Origin: Gracilinanus agilis
Lineage: Eukaryota
Assembly: GCF_016433145.1 (NCBI RefSeq)
Contig: NC_058132.1
Span: 86,797,272-86,861,271 of the forward strand
Direction: 5' to 3'
Length of the DNA: 64,000 bases
The notes beneath the pieces are model-generated. The model saw nothing but the letters and a program-made list of their open reading frames with translations, did not search any database and was not told where the DNA came from. The position numbers and the translations under genes are program-made. This document shows positions 61,761-64,000 of this stretch, one piece after another; within the stretch, counting starts at the first letter, position 1, and each line of letters starts with the position of its first letter.

Positions 61761-63734
61761 CATTTTACAAAAATGAACATAGTGCTTCACAGCGAATTTT
61801 CTATCTAGCTCCAGCAGACACAGTGAAACCATCTTTCATATTAGTATCTATATACTACATCTAAACATTTCTGTAAGAAAAAAGGGAGGCTGATGCAGAC
61901 CAAAAAGTCCTGTCACTGAAGTCAAAAGTCCTGGGTTTAGTGTCCCCTAACACTGGCCATATGGTCTTGGGTATCAGTTTCCTCCTGTGTAAAAGATATG
62001 CTTACAGAATTTGTTTTTAGAGGTCATTATAATGAAAATTCTTAACAAAGCTTAATAAAGTGATAAAGCTGTGAAGCTATATTTTGACTAGTATTTTGAC
62101 CAGAGTGGTTCTTTGAGTGACTGAATGGCTAGAAGAAAAGACAGATCCAAGAAGTAAATGAATTAAGCTCTACTAAACCCCTTCCACCTCCTCATTAAAC
62201 TTGCTGCAAACCTGGGACTCTTTTCTCCATGAGATTCTTAGCAGGGGCTCTTCTATCTGAGATTCTTCCTAGCTTCCCTGTTACTTGCAGTGGTAAAGCA
62301 GCTGCGATGATGCTCTCTTATTGTTGGTTTGTGGTCCAGTTCTTTTATTTACTTACTCCTTTTCTCAGGAGCAGAAAGCAAAAACAGTTTGTACAGCTGA
62401 GGAATGAAGCCTGAGAGACAGAGTCCCATGAGCATTCTTATATTCCAATGCCTAGGGCAGGGATGGAGAATCAGAGAATCCCTCAAATCCCAAGAGGTGA
62501 AATTGGAACAATTAGAGTCTTCCCGAGGCATCCTCTTGAAGATGCTAGGAAAAAGGAATGTGACTCTCAAAGAAAGTAGACTTTTAAGACATTGTCCACC
62601 TGAGTGCATGGCAGGAACTGTGTTTACGCATCTTCAATATATGTCAATTAATCAGGAAATATTTATTAAAAACTGCCCACATACACATCTATATATACCT
62701 CGGCATACACAAGCGATAGCCTATCATTCCTGGGCTAATTCTCAGTCTTATTGGCTTTCATATTTATGCTTACAGCAAAGTGAGTCCCACCTATGCACGC
62801 TTAATGGGTGCTGGATTTTCCACATAACTATACATGACTGGGCAATAGAGAAAGAGAGGAAGGTGTGCCTTGCAGGATCCAAGACCTTCCAAGCTGTTCA
62901 AAGCCCTTACATTCCTCTTACATTTTCTCAATGTTACCTTGGTTTCCCCCACATATATTCTGAGAATCAAGTGTTTCTCAACAATACTCATAGAGAGACT
63001 GAGCTTCTCTAACATATATGCAGCAGGGCTCATAGTTTGTTAATATTAGAGATATGAGTTTCCTGTAGTTTAACAGTCTTAGGACATGCTCCGTGGGAAT
63101 AAAATCTATATACTTTACAATCCATTACATGAATTTACAAATCCATTGTTTTGTTAGTTTTATTATTCATGTAGATTTTCACACATAGATACACATATAA
63201 GCATTTATCTAAATCTGGATGTTTAGTTTCCTTGCTAAAGGGCACTACTGGTAATTAAATTTCCACTGCAAATGCATAGCAGTAAGTCCTTTCCAGTTTA
63301 CCGTCTGTGAGAATTATCTGAGACATTAAGGCTTTAATTAAATTGTATCTAGGTATGCCTTTCTTTGAGGTCGGCTCTCTGACCATTATGTTAAATTGAG
63401 TCTGGAGAAGTGAAATAGATAACTAAAGTTCAGCAGGACCTTGAAGGGTCTCTGCCCCATTAGAGGTACAAGATAGGTTGTACACTATGTGTGCCCCGAG
63501 TACAAACCCCATCCTAGACCAACCCAACTTCATATTCTTTTCGTAGCACACCTCAGCTTCCCTGGGGAAATATCTGCACCATCTCCAGCTCTATGTGGTT
63601 CTTACTGCCCACCTCTGCTTCAATTCAGAAAATGGGTATTTAGTTCCCATTGTATGCAAAGCACTTTGTTCAGCAACTGGAGAGATACAAAGTACCCTGA
63701 ATATCTTGCCTATATATATTTGCTCATTTTATCT

Positions 63735-63850
63735 CTCTTATTAGAATGTCAGTTCATTGAAGGCAAGGACTATGTTTTGTCTTTGTATCCCCAGTTCTTA
63801 GCACAATACCTGAGCCCTACTAAGTGCTTAATAATTGATTATTGACTTGA
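63735..63850 (+). mobile_element. L2 3' tail
   Basis: attagaatgtcagttcattgaaggcaaggact...gtatcccca...tagcacaatacctg...taagtgcttaataa. Confidence 0.75.
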
Positions 63851-64000
63851 TTTGCCTCCTCTGTGGCCTGTTTGATTAAGCATTCTCTCTCTTGTCATTG
63901 CTTGAAAGATATATAATTCTCTTTTCTTTTTTCCTCTAATTATATAAATTTGTCTTCATCTCCCTAAATACTCAATTAAAGTTGTATTTATATAACTCCT

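Overview
Marsupial genomic DNA, most likely the opossum Monodelphis or a close didelphid, inferred from SINE1_Mdo-like and MAR1-like SINEs and marsupial-type L1. It is part of a class I olfactory receptor (OR) cluster in AT-rich, repeat-dense sequence. There are four intact OR coding sequences: an OR52-family gene (+, 7634-8590), an OR56-family gene whose coding region is split by a 1961-bp GT-AG intron (+, 22156-22404 joined to 24366-25061, 314 aa), and two OR56A3-like paralogues (-, 32558-33505 and 53672-54619). The two paralogues share a 323-bp 100%-identical 3' tract but are clearly diverged over the first two thirds. The rest is layered transposable-element debris: a class I ERV pol split by a ~2-kb TG...CA element with a 4-bp target-site duplication (TSD), L1, L2, L3, RTE/BovB-like LINEs, CORE-SINEs, and hAT and Tigger DNA-transposon relics. 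There are two assembly gaps (one N at 46530; 223 N at 57072-57294). The strongest signal is the intron-containing OR. Repeat family names and most repeat boundaries come from visual recognition and are approximate.
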